Notes: a model not told the origin generated them from the sequence alone. A stretch of DNA of 64,000 nucleotides from Eubacteriales bacterium (GCA_045531135.1 JAZSDL010000001.1:12720-76719), one strand, 5' to 3'. Positions 49,484 to 59,110 are shown, counted from the stretch's first letter. A program made the numbers and translations.

Positions 49484-51235
49484 ATGAACATTAAAATGCA
49501 CAAGATTATAATTTTTGTACTTGCTTTTGTTCTCGCCTTGCCGATGATCGCCTTGTCTGTATCTGCCGATGAAGGCGGCGATACAGTAGTGCTGTATACT
49601 AACGATATTCACGCTAATATCAATAAGTTTCCCTTGCTTGCCGCGTATAAAGGCGAGCTGCTTTCCGACGGCACCGGTGTTATCACCGTCGATGCCGGCG
49701 ATGCTATTCAGGGTGAGGCGGTGGCAACGCTTACCAAAGGTGGATCTGTGGTTGACATAATGAACAAGGTTGGCTATGATTACGCAACCTTGGGCAACCA
49801 CGAATTCGATTATGAGGTTCCGCGTATTCTTGAGATAGCCGAAAGCGAGGCGCAGTATGAGTATCTGTGTGCGAACTTTTATGATATTCTTGCAGACAAA
49901 ACCGCTTTTGCGCCGTACGCGATAAAGGGAATCAACGGTATAAAGATCGCTTTTGTGGGTATTTCCACTCCCGAGACCTATTCAAAATCAACACCCACCT
50001 ATTTTCAGGACGAAAACGGGAATTATATTTACAGCTTTATGGAGGACGATCTGTATTCTGCGGTTCAGAGCGCGGTTGATTCTGCGCTTGCCGACGGCGC
50101 GGACTATGTTATTGCGATAGGACATTTGGGCATATCCGACGTCACAAATGGGTACCGTTCCTCCGACGTTGTGGCTAATACCGTCGGTATCGACGTGTTT
50201 ATCGACGGACACGCGCACGAGGTCATCAGCGGTGATGTTTATAAGAACAAAAACGGCGGTGAGGTAATTATCACTTCTACCGGAACAAAGCTTGAAAATA
50301 TCGGAAAGCTGACTATTTTAAAAAGCGGCGAGATAAAAACAGAGCTTGTAAAAACAGATGAGATAGATGTTTCGGTTCTGTCCGACACCGCAAAAGAAAG
50401 CTATGATAGCATAAAAGGTATTGTAGACGGTTACAATGCGGAATTTGAATATCTGTTTGAGGAGATCGGCTATTCCGAAACCCTGCTTACCACAAAGGAT
50501 AAAGACGGCAACCGTCTTGTCCGCAGCGGAGAGACCAATATGGGCGATTTTGTTACCGATGCATACCGCGCTCTTTCGGGCGCCGATATCGCATTTGTTA
50601 ACGGCGGCGGTGTTCGTGCTGATATTCCCGAGGGTACATTTACCCGCAAGGCGCTTATGGACGTCAGCCCGTGGGGAAACGAGATGTGCGTTATCGAGGT
50701 AACGGGCGCGCAGATTCTGGATGCGCTTGAGTACGGAATGTATCTGTATCCGTCAGAGCACGGAAGCTTCCCGCAGGTCTCGGGTATTACCTTTGAGGTC
50801 CATACTTATGTGGATACCCCCGTCACAGTTGATTCTATCGGTGATTTTGTTTCGATAAATAATGATATGCCGCGGCGCGTGCGTAACGTAAAGGTGGGCG
50901 GCACCGACATAGATATAAACAAAACGTATTCGCTTGTAGGAACAAGATATATGCTTCAGTTAAGCGGTTATAAGATGCTTTCGGGCGCAAAGGAGCTTTC
51001 GCTCGGGGATTGCCCGAAAACCGATGCCGAGGCGTTAATAAAATACACCGAGGAGATTCTCGGCGGCAGAATAACCGCAAAGCAGTACGGAAATATCGCA
51101 GGTGACGGCAGGATAAGCATGATCGATAAAGAACCCTCGCCCAATGCCGGCGACGATGCATTTGTCGAGCTGTGGATATCGATAGCGGTCATGACAACCG
51201 TTTTCGGTATGGCATTAATGAAAAAACGAGCATAA
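49484..51235 (+). CDS. Cell-surface 5'-nucleotidase/UDP-sugar hydrolase
   Basis: YTNDIH, DAGD, GNHEFD, GHLG, DGHAH, NGGGVR, FPQVSG; signal peptide; SPNAGD-TM-KKRA. Confidence 0.9.
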   Translation: MNIKMHKIIIFVLAFVLALPMIALSVSADEGGDTVVLYTNDIHANINKFPLLAAYKGELLSDGTGVITVDAGDAIQGEAVATLTKGGSVVDIMNKVGYDYATLGNHEFDYEVPRILEIAESEAQYEYLCANFYDILADKTAFAPYAIKGINGIKIAFVGISTPETYSKSTPTYFQDENGNYIYSFMEDDLYSAVQSAVDSALADGADYVIAIGHLGISDVTNGYRSSDVVANTVGIDVFIDGHAHEVISGDVYKNKNGGEVIITSTGTKLENIGKLTILKSGEIKTELVKTDEIDVSVLSDTAKESYDSIKGIVDGYNAEFEYLFEEIGYSETLLTTKDKDGNRLVRSGETNMGDFVTDAYRALSGADIAFVNGGGVRADIPEGTFTRKALMDVSPWGNEMCVIEVTGAQILDALEYGMYLYPSEHGSFPQVSGITFEVHTYVDTPVTVDSIGDFVSINNDMPRRVRNVKVGGTDIDINKTYSLVGTRYMLQLSGYKMLSGAKELSLGDCPKTDAEALIKYTEEILGGRITAKQYGNIAGDGRISMIDKEPSPNAGDDAFVELWISIAVMTTVFGMALMKKRA

Positions 51236-51254
51236 ACGTATAAACGCAAACAAA

Positions 51255-51281
51255 AAACAAGCTTCATTCCGAAGCTTGTTT
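51255..51281. repeat. 27-bp palindromic terminator, duplicated (left copy)
   Basis: AAACAAGCTTCATTCCGAAGCTTGTTT identical to 51523-51549. Confidence 0.9.
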
Positions 51282-51522
51282 CAGAGCGAAGACAAATGGT
51301 CTATTTACGCCCTTGAAAGAAAATAATATAAGAACAACAGAGCTTCACTATTATTATGAAGCTCTGTTTCTTTTCATAAGGAATATTGTTTTTTATTGTA
51401 TTTTCAAGGGCTTTGACAAAAAACTTCGACTGCCCTGCTTATGTAGGGCGACGCTCGTTTTTTGCCAAAAATATCCTCATTTCTCTCGCTCTGCTCGGTT
51501 TGCAGACTTTGTCTGCAAACTG
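51282..51522. mobile_element. 241-bp non-coding MITE-like element (IS1182-like ends)
   Basis: Flanked by exact 27-bp direct repeats; imperfect terminal IRs CAGAGCGAAGACAAA / TTTGTCTGCAAACTG (11/15); no transposase. Confidence 0.6.
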
Positions 51523-51549
51523 AAACAAGCTTCATTCCGAAGCTTGTTT
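51523..51549. repeat. 27-bp palindromic terminator, duplicated (right copy)
   Basis: Identical to 51255-51281, followed by a T-run. Confidence 0.9.
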
Positions 51550-51572
51550 TTTGTATATTTGTATATTGTTTT

Positions 51573-52292
51573 TTACTGTTCTTCAGTGCTTTTGACCGAG
51601 CGGTAAGCGGCATCGTTTACAATAACCGTTTCGTCATCAAGCCAGCTGATAACGGCGGTTTTTGTTTCGTGCTCCTCGCCGGTGTAGATGCGTTCGGATC
51701 TCGCCTGAAAATAACCGATGAAGTTTTTAAACTCGGGTTCGGATCTTGCGATATCGACAGCCATTTCGTCATCGAGGACCTTGTTCTCCAACAGCTTTAC
51801 CTCGGCAACGTAGGTGCCGTTTATCGAGGGATATGAGGACTGTACCGTTTCGGTCGTCATAGTATTTCCGATAAGGTTTATTAGATAGAGAACAACGAAT
51901 GCAAAAGCGATAAGCACCGAAAATACGGCGCTCGTTGCTTTGAAATAGCTGTCGGGTACAAACTTGAAATAAAGCAAAAATGCGCAGATACCCCAAACAA
52001 GTGCAAAAATAACGGTGTATTTCCAGCTTCCGTCGGCAAAGCAGAGCGAATTAAGTATTGCGATAGGGGCAAGAAGCATAAGAAATATCTTTCCGGTATT
52101 ACCGTAAACCGGCTTTAATAAAAACAGCGCAACCGTTGCTGCCACGGTGATCGCCGCTTGAACGATAACCAACGCGATCTCGTTGTTCGGAATAAAATCA
52201 AGCGCGTTGATAAGCCCGAAAAGCTCAAGACAAGGGACTATCAAAAGTAAAACACACAATACTATCGGAATTATTAACGTTACTGTTTTCAT
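51573..52292 (-). CDS. Membrane protein of unknown function (5 TM + C-terminal soluble domain)
   Basis: Hydrophobic N-terminal half; S..GTYVAEV...ISWLDDETVIVN; ATGA overlap with upstream gene. Confidence 0.6.
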   Translation of the reverse strand: MKTVTLIIPIVLCVLLLIVPCLELFGLINALDFIPNNEIALVIVQAAITVAATVALFLLKPVYGNTGKIFLMLLAPIAILNSLCFADGSWKYTVIFALVWGICAFLLYFKFVPDSYFKATSAVFSVLIAFAFVVLYLINLIGNTMTTETVQSSYPSINGTYVAEVKLLENKVLDDEMAVDIARSEPEFKNFIGYFQARSERIYTGEEHETKTAVISWLDDETVIVNDAAYRSVKSTEEQ

Positions 52293-53629
52293 ATTATGGT
52301 CTCCTTTAGGTCTTTAATTACTTTTACATATTCGGTTTCATAATATTTAAAGCATTCTATTGCCTTTTCGTCTATTACCTCGCCGCATACTGCTATCGGT
52401 ACGGCGGGAGGGCAGGCGATGTTAAACTGCGCCAGCACACGCCCTATCGAGCTTTCGGCCTTTATCCTCTCGCTTTCGCCCAATATCGCCTCGCGTATTG
52501 ATAATGCGGCTGTCGGCTTCGGTATTTCGGGTGTCGGCTCGTTGATACTCGGAGCACGCTCTATCGCGCAAAGCGCATCCGAAAGCGCAGTGAGCGAGTC
52601 ATCGCTGTTTTCGGGAGAGAGCATAAGCACGATATTATCCTTATCATAAAACTCGCAGAAAATATCGGATTTTTTAAGTATTTCGGCGATCTGATGTCCG
52701 AAATACCCGTATTCCTTTGTTTTTATAACTATCTTCAGCGCTTCAACTCCCGAAAGCGTGTAGCCGTTTTCTGTCAGCTTTGATTTAAGAGTATCTGCTT
52801 TCTTTATAAACTCCGAAAGCGATTCCCGGTAGTTTTCGGCTAAATATTTATTGGCAAGATCCAACGATTGCAAAATAAGGTACGACGGACTTGTAGAGCC
52901 GAAAAGCGAAAGCGCGTTTTTTGCGTTTTCGGTAATTCGGATATCGGCATCGGGCGAAATATGAAGATAAGCACCGCCGGTTAAAACGGGAAGCGTTTTG
53001 TGTGCCGAGTCACAGCAGATATCCGCGCCGAGATGTATCGGATGCATTGATTGGGGCAAAAAGCCGAGATATGCGCCGTGCGCGTTGTCTACCAAAAGAT
53101 ATGCGCCGTATTCCTTGCATATTGCGGAAATTCTTGAAATATCCGCAATATTCCCGAGATAATCGGGAGAGGTTATATAAACCGCACATTTTTCGTCACC
53201 GTTCGACAATGCCTGTATAAGCTGTTCCTCGTCAAAGCTTGCCGAAAGATAGCAATCGTGCCGGTTTGGATAAAGCCAATCGGTTTTTATATCAAGCAAT
53301 GCAACGGCAGAAAGAAAGGTCTTGTGGCAATTGCGCGTTGCGATAACCCTTGTAACTCCGCATAATTTCGCGAGATAAAGCATTGCACGGATACAAAGCG
53401 ACGATCCCTCGGTGGAATAATAGGTCGGACACCCGAAAAGTTGAGATGCGTTTTTCTCGCTTTGTGCGATTATGCCGTTTGCATCAAACAAGCTGTCGGC
53501 ACCGTCTATTTCGGTTATATCATATTGCTCGAACCCCAAAAAGCTCTTGCCCTTATGTGCGGGCATATGAAAGCGGTGGGGGGATTTTTTGCAGTATTCC
53601 TGTACAAAATCAATTATCGGAGTGTTCAT
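52289..53629 (-). CDS. PLP-dependent Orn/Lys/Arg decarboxylase
   Basis: FHMPAHKG, DITEI, RNCHK, TSPDY.G, VDNAHGA, SAHKTLP, STSPSY, PPAVP. Confidence 0.9.
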   Translation of the reverse strand: MNTPIIDFVQEYCKKSPHRFHMPAHKGKSFLGFEQYDITEIDGADSLFDANGIIAQSEKNASQLFGCPTYYSTEGSSLCIRAMLYLAKLCGVTRVIATRNCHKTFLSAVALLDIKTDWLYPNRHDCYLSASFDEEQLIQALSNGDEKCAVYITSPDYLGNIADISRISAICKEYGAYLLVDNAHGAYLGFLPQSMHPIHLGADICCDSAHKTLPVLTGGAYLHISPDADIRITENAKNALSLFGSTSPSYLILQSLDLANKYLAENYRESLSEFIKKADTLKSKLTENGYTLSGVEALKIVIKTKEYGYFGHQIAEILKKSDIFCEFYDKDNIVLMLSPENSDDSLTALSDALCAIERAPSINEPTPEIPKPTAALSIREAILGESERIKAESSIGRVLAQFNIACPPAVPIAVCGEVIDEKAIECFKYYETEYVKVIKDLKETII

Positions 53630-55008
53630 TCTTCACAAAGCGATCTTGCAACCGCAACCATTATCGCACATTCCATTCTCTTGCGGAACAGCTTACATCC
53701 GTATTCGTAAACGCCCTTGACAGAGCCGGTGGCGTGATATGCGTTTGCTGCGCATCCGCCCGAGCAATACAGCTTTGCCCAGCAATCCTTACACTCTTTT
53801 CTTGCGTATACGTTACACTCGAAAAACTCATTTTGTATCGCTGTGTTGTCAACACCGTTCCATATATCGCCTAACTTGAATTTTTCCTCGCCGACAAATT
53901 GGTGGCAGGGATAGAGATCACCCCACGGGGTGACCGCCATATATTCGGTGCCCGAGCCGCAGCCCGAAATACGCTTATAAATACAGGGCCCGCCCGAAAG
54001 GTCTATCATATAGTGGTAAAACGTAAACGGCTTTCCCTCCTTTTCGCGCTTGAGCATCAGGGAAGCAAGCTTCTCGTACTGCTCGAGCACAATGGGAAGA
54101 TCGTCGTCCGTCAGCTCGGAGGGATCGCCGGATGCACAGACCACCGGCTCCATACTGAGCTCGGTAAATCCGAGATCGAGCATAGTCTCTATATCCTTTA
54201 AAAAGTCGGGGTTCGCGTGGGTAAAAGTGCCGCGCATGTAATAATCCTTGTTTCCGCGTGAGGAAACAAGCTGTTGGAATTTCGGCACGATCCTGTCATA
54301 GCTGCCGATTCCCTTGTAGTCAACGCGGAATCGGTCGTGTATCTCTTTTCTTCCGTCAAGCGAAAGAACCACGTTGCTCATTTCTTTGTTGGCAAATTCA
54401 ATAACGTCGTCATCAATAAGCATACCGTTTGTGGTGAGAGTAAAACGGAAATTCTTGTTGCGCTCCTTTTCGATGCTTCTTGCATAAGCAACAAGCTGCT
54501 TGACAACGTCAAAGTTCATCAGCGGTTCTCCGCCGAAAAAGTCCACCTCCAGATTCCGTCGGCTTCCCGAATTTTCGACAAGAAAATCAAGTGCGCGTTT
54601 GCCTGTTTCAAAGCTCATTAGCGCGCGGTCGCCGTGGTATTTGCCCTGACTTGCAAAGCAATACGAGCAATTAAGATTACAGGTATGTGCTATATGTATG
54701 CAGAGCGCCTTTATAACACCCGATGTCTTTTTCTTAAGCTCGCTTGCCATAGGACCGAAGGTATCGGGAGTAAAAAGCTTACCTGCGTCTTTAAGCGCCT
54801 CTATCTGCTCATAACATTCGGCAATATCCTCTTTGGTAATTCCGTCGATGCCCAAATATTTTTTCTCGGCTTCGGAAATTACAAAATCTCTTTCGTTCTC
54901 CTCAAACATGGCGATAATGTCATACGCCACGTCATCGACAGCGTGTACCGAGCCCGAGCATATATCGAGCACTATATTATATCCGTTTAGTTTATATTGA
55001 TGAACCAT
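53626..55008 (-). CDS. scfB: SCIFF/ranthipeptide radical SAM maturase
   Basis: MVHQYKLNGYNIVLD RRE-like start, CNLNCSYC, EVDFFGGEP, GPCIYKRISGCGSG, SPASM C..C...C.GGC. Confidence 0.95.
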   Translation of the reverse strand: MVHQYKLNGYNIVLDICSGSVHAVDDVAYDIIAMFEENERDFVISEAEKKYLGIDGITKEDIAECYEQIEALKDAGKLFTPDTFGPMASELKKKTSGVIKALCIHIAHTCNLNCSYCFASQGKYHGDRALMSFETGKRALDFLVENSGSRRNLEVDFFGGEPLMNFDVVKQLVAYARSIEKERNKNFRFTLTTNGMLIDDDVIEFANKEMSNVVLSLDGRKEIHDRFRVDYKGIGSYDRIVPKFQQLVSSRGNKDYYMRGTFTHANPDFLKDIETMLDLGFTELSMEPVVCASGDPSELTDDDLPIVLEQYEKLASLMLKREKEGKPFTFYHYMIDLSGGPCIYKRISGCGSGTEYMAVTPWGDLYPCHQFVGEEKFKLGDIWNGVDNTAIQNEFFECNVYARKECKDCWAKLYCSGGCAANAYHATGSVKGVYEYGCKLFRKRMECAIMVAVARSLCEE

Positions 55009-55033
55009 ATCTGCCTCGTGAGTGTAATATATG

Positions 55034-55058
55034 AAAAAATGCCGCCGAGAAGGCGGCA
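55034..55058 (-). terminator. Hairpin with U-tract between scfA and scfB
   Basis: Minus strand TGCCGCC-TTCTC-GGCGGCA-TTTTTT. Confidence 0.65.
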
Positions 55059-55067
55059 CTTATCAGC

Positions 55068-55220
55068 TTATTTGCTTTCCTTGCTGTTTTCGCACTTCTG
55101 ATTTGCGATACCGCAGCTGGTCTTGCAAGCGGACTGGCAGGAAGTCTGGCATTCGCCGCAGCCGCCGTTCTTTGCGCTTTCGCAAAGGTTACGGGTTTCG
55201 ATAGTCTTGATATGCTTCAT
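55068..55220 (-). CDS. scfA: Six-cysteine ranthipeptide SCIFF precursor (50 aa, absent from ORF track)
   Basis: Hand translation: MKHIKTIETRNLCESAKNGGCGECQTSCQSACKTSCGIANQKCENSKESK; GGAGG RBS. Confidence 0.96.
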   Translation of the reverse strand: MKHIKTIETRNLCESAKNGGCGECQTSCQSACKTSCGIANQKCENSKESK

Positions 55221-55300
55221 AATGATATCCTCCAAATAAACACATTATTGATTATCGTTGATATTATACACCAACAATTCGTTTAAGTCAACACTTTTCT

Positions 55301-57832
55301 TTATTCTTCTTCGCTTTCTTCGGTTTGACTTGCCTTGGGCATATGTCGGTTGGCGGGGCGTTGGCTTTTGCGCTTGGAGACGATGATGATCGCCGCTATC
55401 GCAACTGCCGCCGTCAGCCCTACAAAGACGTACATAAGAATATTTCCTATGTTGATATCGAGCTTGATCCTGTCCTTTTCGGGACTGCTGTATTCGGATA
55501 CGGTTACCGATGCGTTTTTGTCATCGTTTATGTTACCGCTTGCTCCGGAATTGTCAATTGTGCTCGATTCGTCGTTAACGGGAGGGGCATCCTCCTTTTC
55601 CTTATAAAGCAGAGCCGCCTTTGTGATCGCCGCAAACTCCTTTAGCACAGTCTGCTTTGCTCCGCTGGATGCAAAGATAAGTGCAATATCGCTCTCGAGC
55701 TTGCTTGCCTGCTCGTGAGTGAGCACGCCCTTATTAAGCTCGCTTATTGCTGAATTGATCTTTGAAAGTGCGTTGGATACCGCCGATTCGTCACATCCGC
55801 CGTTTGCAAAAACATATCCGTCGATCTTTGCTTTTGAATATTCAAGCGTAGCGCGCATCATTTCGGCTTTGTCGCCGATGACCGATACCGAGCTTTCGGA
55901 CATAACGTCCTTTTTCAGCTCGCTGTAATAATGCTGGGCAATATATTCATCAAGCGAGCCGAATATAAATCCGTCGGCATTGCGCGAGCGCGATTCCTTG
56001 ATCATCGTCGAAACGGTGCTTGCGGTAAGCCCCTTTGCACTTTCAAGCGCGGTGAAAAAGTATGAGGTTTTTCCGGTGTACGCCGATATGATCTCGCTTT
56101 TGTCGTATACCAATCCGTCATCATACGCAAGCGGATCTATCGGATCGTTTTCAAGCGCGTCGCGCTCGTACAGCGACAGACAAATGCCGTCTATAATTCC
56201 GTCCTCAAGCCACCCGACAGCGTCCTGCATATAGAAATAATCCACGGTATCGCGCGCGGATACGGCAATAATGTCCACGTCGCTTCTTACAGATCTTACC
56301 GATTCCGAAATGGTTTTTGCCATATCGGTAACGAGCGAGCATTTGAACTCTACCCATTTTTGCCAATGGGGCGAATCAAAAAGCTCGGTTGCTATTGCAT
56401 TTGCCTCGTCGGTCGGAATACTGTATTTCGACGAGAATTTCGACAGTGTGTCGTAATCGTACCCGAGATCACAGTTCTCCTTGAATTTCGGGTAGCGCAG
56501 ATAATCCAAAAGCAGAGTGTCTATCTCGTATTCCGAAACGATATATTGGATATATTCCGCAAAATATTCCTTGAATTCATTTGATGCGGGGGAGTAATAT
56601 CTGTCCGCAAGTCCCTTTTCGGTACCGTTGGTTACGGTCGTCCAATCGGATTTTGCGATAGATGCGTATTGGTTGTAATAAACGTCGACCGAAAGACCGA
56701 GCGTGATATTTTCCTCGCGGCAGATCCTGATATATGCCTCGAGCAGATCAAATCCGTTGTATTTTGCATCCTGCTTAAACCTATTCCCCTCGGGGAGCGG
56801 AATAAACGTTCCGTAGCCGTTGCTTACACGTAAAAACAGGGTGTTAAGTCCGTTTTCCTTTGCTTTTTTTACGGTCTCGCGTACCGCGTTTTCATCGGTC
56901 TCCTCGGGCGTGTGGAACGCGGCGCGTACCTCGTTCGCATCGTTATCGATACAAACTCTGTCAATGCTGTTTTTGAGCTTGTCAAGAATCTCCGATAATT
57001 GCTTGTAATCAAGCTTTCCCTCGGATGCCGCCTTTGCATCTGCCAACATCGCTTCCGCGGCAGTTATATCGATGTTATAAAATGATTCCTTTGCGGCTTT
57101 TAGTATCGATTCGGAAATGCCGATCTCGGCGGTCAGAGTGTCTGCAAGCATATCCTTGTCGTAAGAAAAGGTCGCTATGCCGTCATCTATTACACAGCTT
57201 CCGCCCAAAAGCGCGTGAGTGATAAGGAATTGCTTGTCGCGTACGGTCGATGCCGAAACGGTAAATCCCTTTTCGGGTGCGGTGACACCGCTTCCGCGTG
57301 CGACTATCCTGCCGTTTTCGTCAACCGCTATACCGTAGGTGTAGGTAGGAGTACCCTCGGTCTCGGGAGCGATTATCATATAGCCGTCCTCGCCCGAAAC
57401 AGCAATCTCAGTCTCGAAATACGGGTCGATCTCGCCCTTTTTATCGCAAACGAAAAGACGCCCCGTATAGCTGTCGTAAAAAAGAGTATCGCCCTTTTTT
57501 ACGTTGCTTTTAAACCATTGCACCTTTGTACCGGCGGCGGATATAACGTAGCAGCTTTCGGGTATTTCAAGGTTTTCGCCCTCCGAAAGTCCGCCCTCTA
57601 TTATTTTTGTTACCTTGTTCTCGCTGTCAACGATAATATCGTGTCCCCATTGTGTCTGTCCTGTTGTTGCGATGTCTCTGTAAATAACCGCGGTATCTGC
57701 AATACGGGTTATGTTGATGCCGTCTATATATATCCAGTCGTCATCCTCGGCGGCACTCGGTAGAATACAAAGCGTCGACACTGACAGCAAAAGCACAAGC
57801 AACAGCGAAAGCCGTTTTTTGAAATTGATCAT
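55301..57832 (-). CDS. Secreted, membrane-anchored GHL10/YddW-like glycoside hydrolase
   Basis: Signal peptide; EVRAAFH, GLNTLFL, FDLLEAYI, LDYLRYP, QDAVGW; C-terminal TM helix + basic tail. Confidence 0.7.
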   Translation of the reverse strand: MINFKKRLSLLLVLLLSVSTLCILPSAAEDDDWIYIDGINITRIADTAVIYRDIATTGQTQWGHDIIVDSENKVTKIIEGGLSEGENLEIPESCYVISAAGTKVQWFKSNVKKGDTLFYDSYTGRLFVCDKKGEIDPYFETEIAVSGEDGYMIIAPETEGTPTYTYGIAVDENGRIVARGSGVTAPEKGFTVSASTVRDKQFLITHALLGGSCVIDDGIATFSYDKDMLADTLTAEIGISESILKAAKESFYNIDITAAEAMLADAKAASEGKLDYKQLSEILDKLKNSIDRVCIDNDANEVRAAFHTPEETDENAVRETVKKAKENGLNTLFLRVSNGYGTFIPLPEGNRFKQDAKYNGFDLLEAYIRICREENITLGLSVDVYYNQYASIAKSDWTTVTNGTEKGLADRYYSPASNEFKEYFAEYIQYIVSEYEIDTLLLDYLRYPKFKENCDLGYDYDTLSKFSSKYSIPTDEANAIATELFDSPHWQKWVEFKCSLVTDMAKTISESVRSVRSDVDIIAVSARDTVDYFYMQDAVGWLEDGIIDGICLSLYERDALENDPIDPLAYDDGLVYDKSEIISAYTGKTSYFFTALESAKGLTASTVSTMIKESRSRNADGFIFGSLDEYIAQHYYSELKKDVMSESSVSVIGDKAEMMRATLEYSKAKIDGYVFANGGCDESAVSNALSKINSAISELNKGVLTHEQASKLESDIALIFASSGAKQTVLKEFAAITKAALLYKEKEDAPPVNDESSTIDNSGASGNINDDKNASVTVSEYSSPEKDRIKLDINIGNILMYVFVGLTAAVAIAAIIIVSKRKSQRPANRHMPKASQTEESEEE

Positions 57833-57844
57833 CGATTACCTCCG

Positions 57845-58696
57845 TTAATCCTTGTTCTCGGGAATTTCGACCGTCATTCCGTCGTATGCACACAAAAATC
57901 CGATCTTTTCCGATTCCTCGCTGAGCTCGGCGTGGCTCAGCTTGCCGTTGTGAGAAAAATGATTCACAACGTTGACAGTGCCTTCGTCAACAATGCCGAT
58001 CTCGTATAGGCGTTTTCTGACATAAGGTACCGAATCAAGTCCCATATGTCCTCCGCCGCTCGGGAGGATGACGTAGGTGCAATCATAGCTGACAATATCC
58101 GCCCTCACGCCGCGTTCCTGAAGATAATCGTAAACCTCGTCATAGAGAAGACCGGTATCGTGCAGATACAGTATGTTGCCGCTGTCGCTCTCGATAAGAT
58201 AGACAAAAGCGTTTTCATCGTGTTTGTGGTTTGCGGGCAGGGGAGTGACCCTGTAATCGCCGACACAAACCGTTTTGTATGCCTCTATCTCGTATACCTC
58301 GATCAAAGGATATGCCTCGTCAACTCCAAGCACTTTCATGGTCTGATCAAGCTTTTCGACAACGTTTTTGTTGCCGTAGACCTTCATCACCGGCTCTATA
58401 AGCTCGTGTGCATAAAAATCGGTGTTGCGAAGCACCATATCGGTCGGTGTAAAATGGTCGAGATGCGAATGGGTTATAAAGCAATACTTTACCGAAGAAA
58501 GATTTATGTTATTGTTAACTGCGTGCATATACGTATCGGCAGGGAAATCAATAAGCAGATCGTCGTTGATAATTGCCTGCGAGCGCGAGCGTATATCCTG
58601 TCCGCCCGTTCTGCGTGCGTTTTCGCAATATTCACACTTGCAGAAAAGCGCGGGCCAGCCCTCTGCCGCAGCGGTGCCGAGATATCTCAGTTTCAT
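57845..58696 (-). CDS. MBL-fold metallo-hydrolase (PhnP-like)
   Basis: LGTAAAEG.P..FCKCEYC, THSHLDH, HDTG, NHFSH. Confidence 0.85.
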   Translation of the reverse strand: MKLRYLGTAAAEGWPALFCKCEYCENARRTGGQDIRSRSQAIINDDLLIDFPADTYMHAVNNNINLSSVKYCFITHSHLDHFTPTDMVLRNTDFYAHELIEPVMKVYGNKNVVEKLDQTMKVLGVDEAYPLIEVYEIEAYKTVCVGDYRVTPLPANHKHDENAFVYLIESDSGNILYLHDTGLLYDEVYDYLQERGVRADIVSYDCTYVILPSGGGHMGLDSVPYVRKRLYEIGIVDEGTVNVVNHFSHNGKLSHAELSEESEKIGFLCAYDGMTVEIPENKD

Positions 58697-58821
58697 TGTA
58701 AAAAGTCCCCACAAGATATAATATAACATTGTTATTATAATATCCTCGTACAAAAAATGCAAGACAAAAAACGCGCATAATTGCGGCTTGAATAAAATTT
58801 ATAAAATTTCGAAAAAAGGTA

Positions 58822-58850
58822 TTGCATTTTTGTTTTTGCTGTGTTATACT
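58822..58850 (+). promoter_or_regulatory. sigma-A promoter of rpmE
   Basis: TTGCAT-17-TATACT with TG extension. Confidence 0.6.
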
Positions 58851-58909
58851 TTAGTGTGCGAAATAGCGGAGCCAATGCTCCTTATCATACGAAAGAGAGG
58901 ATTTTAAAG

Positions 58910-59110
58910 ATGAAGCAGGGTATCCATCCCGAATACAAGACCACCACTATCAAGTGTGCTTGTGGCGCAGAATATGTTACCAAATCCGTTAAGGATAACG
59001 TCAAGGTCGATATTTGCTCTAAATGCCATCCGTTCTTTACCGGCAAGCAGAAGTTTGTTGATGCAGGCGGACGTGTAGATAAGTTCAAAAAGAAATTCAA
59101 CCTCGACTAA
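58910..59110 (+). CDS. rpmE: 50S ribosomal protein L31 (zinc-binding type)
   Basis: [34 protein letters not shown]. Confidence 0.97.
   Translation: MKQGIHPEYKTTTIKCACGAEYVTKSVKDNVKVDICSKCHPFFTGKQKFVDAGGRVDKFKKKFNLD

Noticed and set aside
51255-51549. Two identical 27-bp palindromic repeats as a mini-CRISPR
   Set aside because: Only two copies, 241-bp separation, no cas genes
51313-51613. Short ORFs over the MITE-like element as a possible transposase or toxin
   Set aside because: No RBS or transposase motifs; they run across the element boundary
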